64,000 nucleotides of DNA from NCBI GenBank assembly GCA_001443025.1, contig LEKP01000002.1, positions 28,429-92,428 on the forward strand. The letters are read 5' to 3'. Both the position numbers and the translations under genes were made by a program. Source of the DNA: Parcubacteria bacterium GBS-2 (GTDB lineage Bacteria; Patescibacteriota; Minisyncoccia; Minisyncoccales; GBS-2). The notes beneath the pieces were generated by a model, which saw only the letters and a program-made list of their open reading frames with translations, searched no databases and was not told where the DNA came from. The first letter of the stretch is position 1. The number at the start of each line of letters is the position of its first letter. Of this stretch, positions 45,857-55,239 are shown in pieces.

Positions 45857-47485
45857 TTATAAATTCTTTGATCTTTTCAAGCATGCTCTGATAAATTCTC
45901 TAAACAGAGGATGAGGTCTTAAAGGTCTTGATTTAAATTCTGGGTGGAATTGAGTAGCAACAAAAAAGGGGTGATCTTTTAATTCAATAATTTCAACTAA
46001 ATCCCTTTCTGGATTGATCCCTGCCATTACCATTCCTCTTTTCTCTAAAATTCCTCTAAATTCATTATTCAATTCGTACCTGTGTCTGTGTCTTTCAAAA
46101 ACAATTTCTTGTTTATATGCCAAATAACTTTTAGTTCCTTTTTTAATTTGACATTTGTAATCTCCAAGCCTCATTGTGCCTCCGTATTTTTTTTCTTTCA
46201 AAAGAACTTTTTGCTCTGGCATCACATCAATGACTGGATATTTGGTCTTTTGATTAAATTCAGTAGAATTTGCTCCTCTTAAGCCACAAACGTTTCTTGC
46301 AAATTCAATAATCGCAAGTTGCATTCCAAGACAAAGACCCAAATAAGGAATTTTATTCTTTCTACAAAACTCAATTGCTCTTATTTTTCCTTCTACTCCC
46401 CTACTCCCAAACCCTCCTGGAACAATAATTCCAGCAAAATTTTCTAATTCTCTAACATTTCTTGGATGTTTCTCATACTCTTCTGCATCTAACCATTGAA
46501 TTTCTGGTTTTCTTTTGAAATACCAGCAGGCATGTTTGATTGCTTCAATTACTGAAATGTAAGAATCTATCAAAATAAATTTTCCAATTTTGAAATATTT
46601 TCCACAGACGCCAATTTTTAATTCTTTTTTTGAACTTTTAATTCTCTTTATTAGAGTCTCCCATTCTTTCAAATCAGTTTTTCTAGGTTTCATTCCGAGT
46701 TCTTTCAAAATTTTATTTCCCAAACTTTCTCTTTCAAAATTGAGAGGAATCTCATAAAGAAACTCAATATCCGGAGCTGAAATTACATTCTCTGGTTTAA
46801 TATTGCAAAAAAGAGAAATTTTTCTTTTTCTTGGTTCGTCTAAGAGAGTTTTTGATCTTGCTAAAATAAAATTTGGTTGGATTCCTGCCTCGTTCAATAA
46901 TCTTGCAGCAGTCTGAGTTGGTTTTGTTTTCATTTCGCCTAACATTTCAGGAATCGGCAAATAAGATACCAAAATAAAAATAACCCTCTTTGGGTTTTCC
47001 AATTTCATTTGTCTTGCTGCTTCTAAAAATAAAAGGTTTTGATACTCACCGACGGTTCCTCCAATTTCAACTAAAACAAAATCTGCTTTTTTACCCAACT
47101 CCTTAATTCTCGAAATTATTTCATTGGTTACGTGAGGAATAATTTCAACACACTTTCCTCCAAACTCAAAATTTCTTTCTTTATTCAGCACACTCCAATA
47201 CACTTGGCCTGAGGTCAAATAGTTTTTTCTTTCTAACTCTTGATCTAAAAACCTTTCATAAATTCCAATATCTTGATCTGTTTCTATTCCATCTCTTGTT
47301 ACAAAGACTTCACCATGTTCTAAAGGATTCATCGTTCCTGCGTCAATGTTCAAATAAGGATCAATTTTCATTGGTTCTACCGAAAATCCTTTAGATTTTA
47401 AAATCAGACCGATCGAGGCGGTTGCAGTTCCCTTTCCGATTCCAGACATCACTCCTCCGCAAACGAAAATGTACCTTGCAGCCAT
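45857..47485 (-). CDS. pyrG: CTP synthase
   Basis: YIFVCGGVMSGIGKG start, synthetase domain, C-terminal GATase with GLCLGMQ. Confidence 0.93.
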   Translation of the reverse strand: MAARYIFVCGGVMSGIGKGTATASIGLILKSKGFSVEPMKIDPYLNIDAGTMNPLEHGEVFVTRDGIETDQDIGIYERFLDQELERKNYLTSGQVYWSVLNKERNFEFGGKCVEIIPHVTNEIISRIKELGKKADFVLVEIGGTVGEYQNLLFLEAARQMKLENPKRVIFILVSYLPIPEMLGEMKTKPTQTAARLLNEAGIQPNFILARSKTLLDEPRKRKISLFCNIKPENVISAPDIEFLYEIPLNFERESLGNKILKELGMKPRKTDLKEWETLIKRIKSSKKELKIGVCGKYFKIGKFILIDSYISVIEAIKHACWYFKRKPEIQWLDAEEYEKHPRNVRELENFAGIIVPGGFGSRGVEGKIRAIEFCRKNKIPYLGLCLGMQLAIIEFARNVCGLRGANSTEFNQKTKYPVIDVMPEQKVLLKEKKYGGTMRLGDYKCQIKKGTKSYLAYKQEIVFERHRHRYELNNEFRGILEKRGMVMAGINPERDLVEIIELKDHPFFVATQFHPEFKSRPLRPHPLFREFIRACLKRSKNL

Positions 47486-47931
47486 TATTTTTCTTCGACT
47501 ACAATCACTTTAATTTCTGCTTCTAAATTGTGAGGGAATTTAATTTTTACTGGAAATTCGCCCAATTCCTTTATCGGAGAGTCCAATAAAATTTGATTCT
47601 TTTTAATTTCAAATCCTTCTTCTTTAAGCTTTTCATAAATCTTTTGAACAGTGATCGATTCAAAGAATTGTCCGTTCTCCCCTACTTTTACTGGAATTAT
47701 TATTTCTTGTCCATCGATCGCTGAAGCAGCTTCCTGTACTTTCTTTAATTCCTCTTCTGCTTTCTTTTCTTCTTTTTCTTTTTGCTTTTCCAACCACTGC
47801 AAATTCTTCTCATTGGCAACTTTTGCCAATTTTCTTGGAATTAAATAGTTCCTTGCATAACCATCTGAAACTTCTTTTATTTCGTATTTCTTTCCTAAAT
47901 TTTCAATATCTTTTAACAAAATTACCTTCAT
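47485..47931 (-). CDS. rplI: 50S ribosomal protein L9
   Basis: MKVILLKDIENLGKKYEIKEVSDGYARNYLIP N-domain; 148 aa. Confidence 0.9.
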   Translation of the reverse strand: MKVILLKDIENLGKKYEIKEVSDGYARNYLIPRKLAKVANEKNLQWLEKQKEKEEKKAEEELKKVQEAASAIDGQEIIIPVKVGENGQFFESITVQKIYEKLKEEGFEIKKNQILLDSPIKELGEFPVKIKFPHNLEAEIKVIVVEEK

Positions 47932-47944
47932 AGAATTTTTTATA

Positions 47945-49102
47945 TCAAAGGCTCTTTAGAATTTCAATTGCTCTTTCTAATTGCAAATCCCTTTCTTCAT
48001 CTTCTGGAATTTTAACAACTTCATCAGGATCCAAACCAACGTCTGAAATCAGCTTTCCTTGTGGTGTCAACCACTTCGCAATGGTTATTTTTAAAGATCC
48101 TTCTCTTAATCTTTCTAATTCTTGAACAGAGCCCTTACCAAAAGATTTTTCTCCAATTAATAATATACCAAGATTGTCCCTTAAGGCTCCAGCTAAAATT
48201 TCAGCGCCAGATGCCGTTCCTTCGTTTATTAAAACGACAATTTTATAATCTGAAAAATAAGAAGGACCTTCACTTTTGTATTCTTTTCTTTCACCATTTC
48301 CAAAGTCTTCAATCACTACCACTTTTCCTTTTTCTAAAAACCAACCTGCAATATCCTTTGCAACCTCCAAATATCCTCCAGGATTGTCCCTTAAGTCCAA
48401 AATCATTTTCCGAGGTGGTAATCTCAAAATTTCAATTGCAGCTTTTGCAAAATCTAAAGATGCTTTTTCTGTAAAGTGATAAATTTTAATATAAATTATT
48501 CCATCTTTCTCTTCCCATCTCAAAGAAGGAATTTGAATTACATCTCTTACTATTTCAATTTCTTTCTCTTTTTCCCACCCTTCCCTATATATCGTTAATT
48601 TCACTTTTGTTCCTTTCGGACCTCTAATCATCGAAACAGCCTGCTCTAAGGTTAAATCAACAGTTGGAGTACCGTTTATTTTTAAAATTTTATCTCCTGC
48701 TTTCAAACCTGCTCTAAAAGCTGGAGTTCCCTCCAAAGGAGCAATAACTTGCAATTGTCCTTTTTTGATTCCAATCTCAATCCCTATTCCTTCAAAAGTT
48801 CCTTTGACATCTTCGATGAATCTTTTTGTCTCTTCTGGCGTTAAAAAAATAGTGTAAGGATCTCCTAAAGATTTCACCATTCCAGAAATTGCACCATAGA
48901 TTATCTGTCTTGGATCAATTCTTGATTTGTCAACAAACTTTTCCTGAAGTTTATAATAAGCCTCCCAAAAAAGCGAAAAATCAATTTCTTCTGGTGGACA
49001 AATTTTGCATTGAGATTTACCAACTAAAAACCCACTATAAAAAATTCCACCCAAAAAAATTCCAACTAAAAAACTGAAAGTTAATTTTTTACTTAAAGAC
49101 AT
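47945..49102 (-). CDS. ctpA: carboxyl-terminal processing protease (S41)
   Basis: PDZ (GLKAGDKILKINGTP), catalytic Ser region GTASGAEILAGAL and Lys region GEKSFGKGSVQ. Confidence 0.88.
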   Translation of the reverse strand: MSLSKKLTFSFLVGIFLGGIFYSGFLVGKSQCKICPPEEIDFSLFWEAYYKLQEKFVDKSRIDPRQIIYGAISGMVKSLGDPYTIFLTPEETKRFIEDVKGTFEGIGIEIGIKKGQLQVIAPLEGTPAFRAGLKAGDKILKINGTPTVDLTLEQAVSMIRGPKGTKVKLTIYREGWEKEKEIEIVRDVIQIPSLRWEEKDGIIYIKIYHFTEKASLDFAKAAIEILRLPPRKMILDLRDNPGGYLEVAKDIAGWFLEKGKVVVIEDFGNGERKEYKSEGPSYFSDYKIVVLINEGTASGAEILAGALRDNLGILLIGEKSFGKGSVQELERLREGSLKITIAKWLTPQGKLISDVGLDPDEVVKIPEDEERDLQLERAIEILKSL

Positions 49103-49146
49103 TCTTTTATTGTAGCAGAATTTTTTTAAATTTAAAAGGATTTAAA

Positions 49147-50166
49147 TTACGTCTCTTTTTTTCTAACCTGAAGTTTTTTTCTAATTAAGAACGCAGTTAC
49201 AATTACGCTAACTATGATTAAAATTAAAACAATTGAAATTTGAATGATTTTCTTGGGGTGTAATTCTTTCTTGGGTCGAACTGTTTCTTTTTCTTTTATT
49301 TTTTCTGGATAGAAAGTAGCAATTGTTTCGTTTCCTGCTCTATCCACTGCTTTGACTTTTATTTCTTCATCCAAATTCTGATTTTCTAACAAATAAGGAC
49401 TTTTTGCTATTTTCCATTCTCTTTCTCCTTCTTTTACCATGTAATAATCAACTCCGGTTTCTTTATCAGTGGTATAAAAAACTATAAAATATTTTCCATC
49501 AAAAATGGCAGGATCTCTCTGAATTTGAATTTCAAAAGGTTCTGGGGGGGTAGTATCATTTAACAATTTTTCTCGCCACTCATTTAACCCTTTGCCAGAG
49601 GTGGGTAAAATTTTGATTTTTGAATCTTGAAGAGTAAGTCTTGCTAAAGTTCCTCTACCATCATTTAGAAAAACTTGAGAAGTGTTTAAAATTTTAATTT
49701 CTGCAATTTTTTCTTCAACTTCTCCTACTATCATTGAAGGTATAAAAAACCTAATTTCACCAATCACATTTGTCATCCCCGGATCTCCTGGAATTCTTCC
49801 ACAATAACCACCTGGAATTCCTCCAGAAAAAGAAATTTTTCCAGTTTCATTGATTTTTTTAGTATCTAAACTTGATGGTCTTTCAACCCAGATTGTAACG
49901 ATTGAATCTCCAAAATCTGCTCCTTCAAAGATTAAGGTATCATTTGGAAAACTTAAATCAACTGAAATTGTGTTAATACATTCTCCTTCCGGATCAATCC
50001 TGATTTTAATACCAAAATGATCCTTAAGACCGTATTCACCTTCTTTGGGATCTAAATATAAAACAGCACCAAAAATAAATGATGGTAAAACTGAAAACAA
50101 CAAACAAAAAGCCAAAATTTTTAATTTAAGGTGTGGAATTTGGAATTTGGAATTTGGAATTTTCAT
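49147..50166 (-). CDS. surface protein with N-terminal signal and C-terminal TM anchor; 5' heptanucleotide SSR
   Basis: Signal peptide, C-terminal IIQISIVLILIIVSVIVTAFLIRKK anchor; (AATTCCA)x4 in codons 2-10. Confidence 0.5.
   Translation of the reverse strand: MKIPNSKFQIPHLKLKILAFCLLFSVLPSFIFGAVLYLDPKEGEYGLKDHFGIKIRIDPEGECINTISVDLSFPNDTLIFEGADFGDSIVTIWVERPSSLDTKKINETGKISFSGGIPGGYCGRIPGDPGMTNVIGEIRFFIPSMIVGEVEEKIAEIKILNTSQVFLNDGRGTLARLTLQDSKIKILPTSGKGLNEWREKLLNDTTPPEPFEIQIQRDPAIFDGKYFIVFYTTDKETGVDYYMVKEGEREWKIAKSPYLLENQNLDEEIKVKAVDRAGNETIATFYPEKIKEKETVRPKKELHPKKIIQISIVLILIIVSVIVTAFLIRKKLQVRKKET
50134..50161. repeat. heptanucleotide SSR (TGGAATT)x4, minus-strand (AATTCCA)x4
   Basis: Perfect 4-unit tandem repeat directly after the start codon of the 49147-50166 gene. 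Confidence 0.85.
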
Positions 50167-50167
50167 T

Positions 50168-51208
50168 TTATCCTGTCCAATAATACATCATTATACTAAA
50201 ATCGACTAAATTCACTATTCCATCTTGGTTTTGGTCTGCACAAGGATTGTTAGTCCCCCAATAGTAAAGTAAAATTGAAAAGTCGATTAAATTTACTTTC
50301 CCATCTTGGTTTAAATCAGCACCAGGACAAATTCCAACTGGTGGCTTTTTCCCAACATAGAAAGTAACAAATCTGCTAAAACTGCTTACCACCGTTGCTC
50401 CTTCTATTATTGTTTTGAATTGGGATTTGGCTGTGTGCATTGATTCATCTTCTAAAGGAGAAGTATCAAAGAAAAGGTCCCATTCTCCTTTTTCTGTAGA
50501 AGTGGTTTCTTGGATTATTTCAGCTGGCGAGGCAATGTAAACTGGAACTTTAGCTTCTGGAATAGTTTGACCGAATATTTTTAGTATTTCCCCTCTTTTT
50601 ACAACATTTTTATCTACCCCAATAGTGGGTGGTAAATATGCTCCTCTAACAGTCGTCACAGCATTTGGCATTACTTCAAAGGTTAAAGTATATAAAATTG
50701 ATCTCAGTCCAAATTTATCATCTGCCCAAAAACTTAAGGTATTAATCCCTGGAGTAATATCTGTTGTTTGCCAGGAAAAATTTGCTTTTGAATCGGTTCT
50801 TACTCTGGCGATTTCCTTTCCATCTTTTAAAATTCTCACTTCAGTATCGGGATAGGCTTTCCCCAAAACAATTAAGGTAGTGGGTCCCAAAGGTCTCATT
50901 GCTCCTCCAGGATATCCCCCACCCCCTGCCCCCATTCCTCCAGGTTCTACATAACAGTGCTCAATGGAAATTCTAGTGCAATTATCAACACAGAGTAAAT
51001 ATCCTCGATTATATCCGTAAGTTGCGCAAGTTTTGCCCCCGAAATTGTCTCCGTCGCAAACTTCAAAACCATCGATTCTTCCATCACCACAAACTGAAAT
51101 TCCAACTATGGTAGGAACTTGTTTTTGAGCAAAGACTTTTAGAGAAAAAATTAAAAGAAAGGTTAAAATTAGAAAGAAAATTTTCAAAAATTCCTTCCAT
51201 AATTTCAT
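50168..51208 (-). CDS. secreted protein with Cys-rich repeat and C-terminal dockerin-like module
   Basis: CGDGRIDGFEVCDGDNFGGKTC (Myxococcus-type C-G-D-G...E.CD.GN repeat); C-terminal DLNQDGKVNLIDFSILLYYW and DQNQDGIVNLVDFSIMMYYW (two dockerin Ca-binding repeats). Confidence 0.6.
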   Translation of the reverse strand: MKLWKEFLKIFFLILTFLLIFSLKVFAQKQVPTIVGISVCGDGRIDGFEVCDGDNFGGKTCATYGYNRGYLLCVDNCTRISIEHCYVEPGGMGAGGGGYPGGAMRPLGPTTLIVLGKAYPDTEVRILKDGKEIARVRTDSKANFSWQTTDITPGINTLSFWADDKFGLRSILYTLTFEVMPNAVTTVRGAYLPPTIGVDKNVVKRGEILKIFGQTIPEAKVPVYIASPAEIIQETTSTEKGEWDLFFDTSPLEDESMHTAKSQFKTIIEGATVVSSFSRFVTFYVGKKPPVGICPGADLNQDGKVNLIDFSILLYYWGTNNPCADQNQDGIVNLVDFSIMMYYWTG

Positions 51209-51212
51209 AAAA

Positions 51213-52169
51213 TTATTTTTTTCCTCGTTTAAAAAAGATTCTTTTGAGTGCTTTGAAAGAAACTAAAAAGATTCCAAAAACCAAAGCGATTGCCAGAATT
51301 GAAATTAAAACTTTTTCTCTCCCCAAGATTAGAGATTCAAAAAAACTAAATCCTTTATACCCAGGAATGCTTCCTCTTTCTTTAATGTTGACCACTAATT
51401 CTCCCTCTTTAACTATTTCTTTTTCTTTGTAAATTTTATATTTTACCCAATAATTTCCCTTTGGGAGTTTTGTTTTGAAAATTGCAAAAACATTATCTGT
51501 TTTGAAAGGTAAAACTTTTCCTTCAATTTTTACACTATCTAAAGATTCCAAAATTTTTGATTTTAATATGTCGTAAATATCCAAATGAACTTTAGACGGA
51601 GTTACTGGCAAATTTCCCACATTTTCAATTGTCATTTTCATTACCAATTTTCCAGGAATGAAAAAGAAAAACCATTTGTAGCCTTCTTCTAAATCTAAAA
51701 ATTCAACTGCCCTAACGATAAAGCTAAAAATTTTTCTTTCAGTAACGTTCAAATCAACTTCAACTCTAGCTCCAAGAGCAATTCCAACTTGACCTGGTTG
51801 TATTTCTTTTGGTTCAACTGTAATTCGCATAAAACCAGTGTACCTTCCATACGGTGCATCGTTTGGAACTTGCACACTAACTATTATCGGAACTGCTTTT
51901 TCTCCTTTTGGCAAAATAAAAGAGGTTCCCTTGTCGATTTTTATCCAATTGTCTGCGCCTGGAACGTTAATTGTAATTGTAACTTTTGAATCCTCAACCG
52001 GATCTCCTCTTACTAAATATATTTTTTCCTCAAAATAGGAACCTCTTGTTAGATTTTCGTTACGCAAAAATGGAGGGGAAATTCCAAAACCAGCAAAAGC
52101 TGTTTGGTAAAAAAACAATAAAAATAATATTAATAACCCAATTTTTCCCCAATTTTCTTGGGAAGTCAT
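51213..52169 (-). CDS. surface protein with signal peptide and C-terminal TM anchor
   Basis: N-terminal signal, beta-rich body, C-terminal ISILAIALVFGIFLVSF + KR tail. Confidence 0.45.
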   Translation of the reverse strand: MTSQENWGKIGLLILFLLFFYQTAFAGFGISPPFLRNENLTRGSYFEEKIYLVRGDPVEDSKVTITINVPGADNWIKIDKGTSFILPKGEKAVPIIVSVQVPNDAPYGRYTGFMRITVEPKEIQPGQVGIALGARVEVDLNVTERKIFSFIVRAVEFLDLEEGYKWFFFFIPGKLVMKMTIENVGNLPVTPSKVHLDIYDILKSKILESLDSVKIEGKVLPFKTDNVFAIFKTKLPKGNYWVKYKIYKEKEIVKEGELVVNIKERGSIPGYKGFSFFESLILGREKVLISILAIALVFGIFLVSFKALKRIFFKRGKK

Positions 52170-52198
52170 TTCTGGTTAAAAATGATAAAAACTTTAGC

Positions 52199-53956
52199 TT
52201 ACCAAGCGCTGGAAGTGCTCATTCTGGCAAAGAAGTAATTCAATCCAGTGTAAAGTCCTCTTGCTTGTTCAGTTTCAACCTTTATTTTCCAATAAGTCGG
52301 TTTTGATGCTGGAGTGGTACTCGTACTTTTTGGACATTCTAACTGACAATAAACCGGAGTCGTGCTTGCAGACAAAAAGTTCTGATAAGTGCTAGTTGGT
52401 GCGCCCCACTCAGTTCCAGAAGTTAAATACCAATACTGTCTGTCCACGGAAATTGTGCTATTCCCACAATTCCCTGGTTGGCTACATAGCATTGGATTTC
52501 CTCCTAAATCTTGATCTAAACCAGTATTGCCAGTAGCTTTAATAGTTGTCGTTTGTTCTTCTGATGGTTCTCCTGGGATAACGCTTCCATAATTAATTGC
52601 AGATTCTTCAATAGCTAAGGCTAAAAATGCATCCAATTCAATTTCGCCACCTTCTACTAGATCGGAAGATGCTCCATCATCATCTATAGCTTTAATTGAG
52701 GCTTTCCAAACATCACTTTCCCAAGGAGTTGAGGTTACAGTCGGATCTGCATGATACCAGAGAGTAAAAGTTGTCGTTGCCCAGATATAACCTTGTTCTG
52801 GCCCTGAACAAGAATCCAATTCAAAATTAGTAATTTCTGGATAACAATTGTTATTATTAGCTTCTCCAGCACTATCACAACCTGCTTGTCCAATTCCTGA
52901 TCGATAAACATAAGCTAAAATATTTGAAATTTCGCTTCCGCCTCCTTCTGCCCAACAACTGTTGTTGTCGATAATTTGATATCTTATTTTGAATCCAGTG
53001 GTAGTGCCAGCCTCTGTTGTGAGAATAAGTCTGTCAGTCGCTCCGTCCCAATTGTAAATAGTGATCGTTGATGTAACTACTGTCGGGGGGACATTATTTA
53101 CTGTCCATGGGCTGTTTGATCCTTGAGCGGTTCCAGTAGCAGCTAAATTGAACTCATCTATGATGAAAACATATCCATCGTAAGTTTTGTCTGGTTTTGG
53201 AATCGGAATGTTATAGCTTGCAGATGGATTTGACGTAGCAAAAGTTGAAGTTGCCAGAGTTTCCCCAACACATCCTGTTGAAGGATTAAATTCGTTTGTT
53301 GAACAAACAAAGAGTTTAATATTGTCTCCTCCCCTCAAGGTATCTGGGTCAGAAGCAACAGTCGTCCAAGTTACTGTCTGTCCTGGATTTTTTGGACTAT
53401 CATTAGATACTGAAGTGAAATTTGGTCTGTGATTTACTACAAAAGGAGAACCAGAAGCACCTTCCCCTTGTGAAACAGAACTACAAAGTGGTTGTCCTTC
53501 AAAAGCATCGCAAACGAAAGCATACCACTCATAAGTTTCTGAAGTATCTGTTTCTTGAACTAAATAAGAGCAAGTTGAAGTGGTTCCTGAAGTTGTCGTT
53601 GCAGATACACACCAAGCTCCATCGTTGCAAGTTGGAGGAGCTCCTGCATTTGGAGTAACTCTGTCACTCTTGCAAACTGCCAAGAAATAATCATCAGCGT
53701 TGGCATCGGTTGCTACTGCCTTGAAGGTAACGTAAGCTCCAACATTGGTTGGAGTAGTCGTGGCTGAGACTGGATCTTCAAAAGGATAAACTGTCCACTG
53801 AGGAGCTGAATTAACAACTGTTACAGTAGTAGTGACCGTATCTGCCTTTGCTTTCTGAACATTCCATTTTCCATTAAGAACTATTGTTAAAAGCAAAAAA
53901 ACTAGTAGCCCTCCAGCGATCGCTGAAAAAAGATTTTTCTTAACTTTTTCTGGCAT
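52199..53956 (-). CDS. large secreted Thr/Ser/Gly/Cys-rich protein (compositionally atypical)
   Basis: Signal/TM at the N-terminus; 585 aa, poor in Lys/Glu unlike the rest of the proteome; many Cys pairs; locally higher GC. Confidence 0.5.
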   Translation of the reverse strand: MPEKVKKNLFSAIAGGLLVFLLLTIVLNGKWNVQKAKADTVTTTVTVVNSAPQWTVYPFEDPVSATTTPTNVGAYVTFKAVATDANADDYFLAVCKSDRVTPNAGAPPTCNDGAWCVSATTTSGTTSTCSYLVQETDTSETYEWYAFVCDAFEGQPLCSSVSQGEGASGSPFVVNHRPNFTSVSNDSPKNPGQTVTWTTVASDPDTLRGGDNIKLFVCSTNEFNPSTGCVGETLATSTFATSNPSASYNIPIPKPDKTYDGYVFIIDEFNLAATGTAQGSNSPWTVNNVPPTVVTSTITIYNWDGATDRLILTTEAGTTTGFKIRYQIIDNNSCWAEGGGSEISNILAYVYRSGIGQAGCDSAGEANNNNCYPEITNFELDSCSGPEQGYIWATTTFTLWYHADPTVTSTPWESDVWKASIKAIDDDGASSDLVEGGEIELDAFLALAIEESAINYGSVIPGEPSEEQTTTIKATGNTGLDQDLGGNPMLCSQPGNCGNSTISVDRQYWYLTSGTEWGAPTSTYQNFLSASTTPVYCQLECPKSTSTTPASKPTYWKIKVETEQARGLYTGLNYFFARMSTSSAW

Positions 53957-54048
53957 TTGTTATTTTTAATTTGCCTCGACCTTTTTAATTTTTGTTTCTT
54001 TTTTAATTCTACCATAAATCCCGAAAAATTGTATCAATTATGAAAATC

Positions 54049-55239
54049 TTATTTATATCTTATCGCTTCTAAAGGATTAAGAGAAGCAGCACGTCTTGCA
54101 GGAAAAAGCCCAGTTAAAAATCCCATCACGAATGAGAACAAAATTATAAAGAGTAAAAAAGGAATTGGGAAAATAACCAATTTTATCGCAACACCTCCCA
54201 TTCTAACAGCCACCAAATTTAAAAGAAAATTAATCAATTTCCCCACACTCACACCCATTATAATCCCAACCACTCCTCCACAAAAACCCATTAGAGTAGA
54301 TTCTCCCAGAAACATCATCATAATGTCTTTTGAAGAGGCTCCTATGGTTCTCATTATACCAATTTCGTTCGTTCTTTCCAAAAGAGTAACTGTCATTGTG
54401 TTAAACATTCCGATTGCAGAAACAATAAGAGCTATTGCTCCAAAAAGTCCTAGGGTAAACTGAATTGCCCTGAAAACTTTGTTTGCTTGTTCTACCGTTT
54501 TTGATAGGGCAGTGACGTTGAATCCCATTTCAATGATTTTTGTTTGAATTTCGCTCAAAAATTTATTTTGAGCAACTTTTACTCTTGCTGATTCATAATA
54601 AGGAAACGAAAACTGAGAAGTTAATTCAGAAAGAGGAATGAAAACAATTGGAAGAGGATTTTCAATTACTCCCTTAACAAAGTAAGTGTAAGGCAAAGCT
54701 ATCTCTTCTTTTTCTTCAGTTCCAGGTTTTGTTAAAAGAACTTTGAACTTTACAGGTTGATTTAAAATCTCTTCTGCTTGTTTGTTGAATAACTTCAACA
54801 CAGTAGTAGAAACTACAACTTTATCCTTTTCTCCTTTTTTAAAAAATTCTCCATTTAAAATTTTAATACCTGCTAAGCTGAAATAATCTTCGTTAACTCC
54901 GTTTAAAGTAATATTTGTGGAAATATTTTGAAAAGAGATCAAACTAGGAAAGGCTGCTAAAGGTGAAACTCTTTCTACATTTTCAATTTTTGAAATTTCA
55001 TTAATTTTTTCTTGTGTTAAAGTGACAATTTTTGAAGCAGGGTTTGTCACATTCAAACTTAAAAGAGCCTCACCAAAAATAATTCTTTCTAACATAATTT
55101 GTTGCAAACCATAACCAAAACCAACCAAAACTACGACTGCAGCAAAACCAACTCCCATACCTAAAATTGTCAAGCCAGTTCTTGTCGGTCTTGTTCTAAA
55201 AGCTCTGATTGAAAGGTTGAAAATATCTTGAGCTCTCAT
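54049..55239 (-). CDS. FtsX/MacB-family ABC transporter permease
   Basis: N-terminal TM, about 200-aa extracytoplasmic domain, three C-terminal TM with the FtsX signature. Confidence 0.85.
   Translation of the reverse strand: MRAQDIFNLSIRAFRTRPTRTGLTILGMGVGFAAVVVLVGFGYGLQQIMLERIIFGEALLSLNVTNPASKIVTLTQEKINEISKIENVERVSPLAAFPSLISFQNISTNITLNGVNEDYFSLAGIKILNGEFFKKGEKDKVVVSTTVLKLFNKQAEEILNQPVKFKVLLTKPGTEEKEEIALPYTYFVKGVIENPLPIVFIPLSELTSQFSFPYYESARVKVAQNKFLSEIQTKIIEMGFNVTALSKTVEQANKVFRAIQFTLGLFGAIALIVSAIGMFNTMTVTLLERTNEIGIMRTIGASSKDIMMMFLGESTLMGFCGGVVGIIMGVSVGKLINFLLNLVAVRMGGVAIKLVIFPIPFLLFIILFSFVMGFLTGLFPARRAASLNPLEAIRYK

Noticed and set aside
45666-45884. 72-aa ORF overlapping the pyrG end and the FAD-oxidoreductase start
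   Set aside because: Overlaps two better-supported genes in different frames; only an N-terminal hydrophobic segment, no RBS; probably spurious, though a small membrane peptide cannot be excluded
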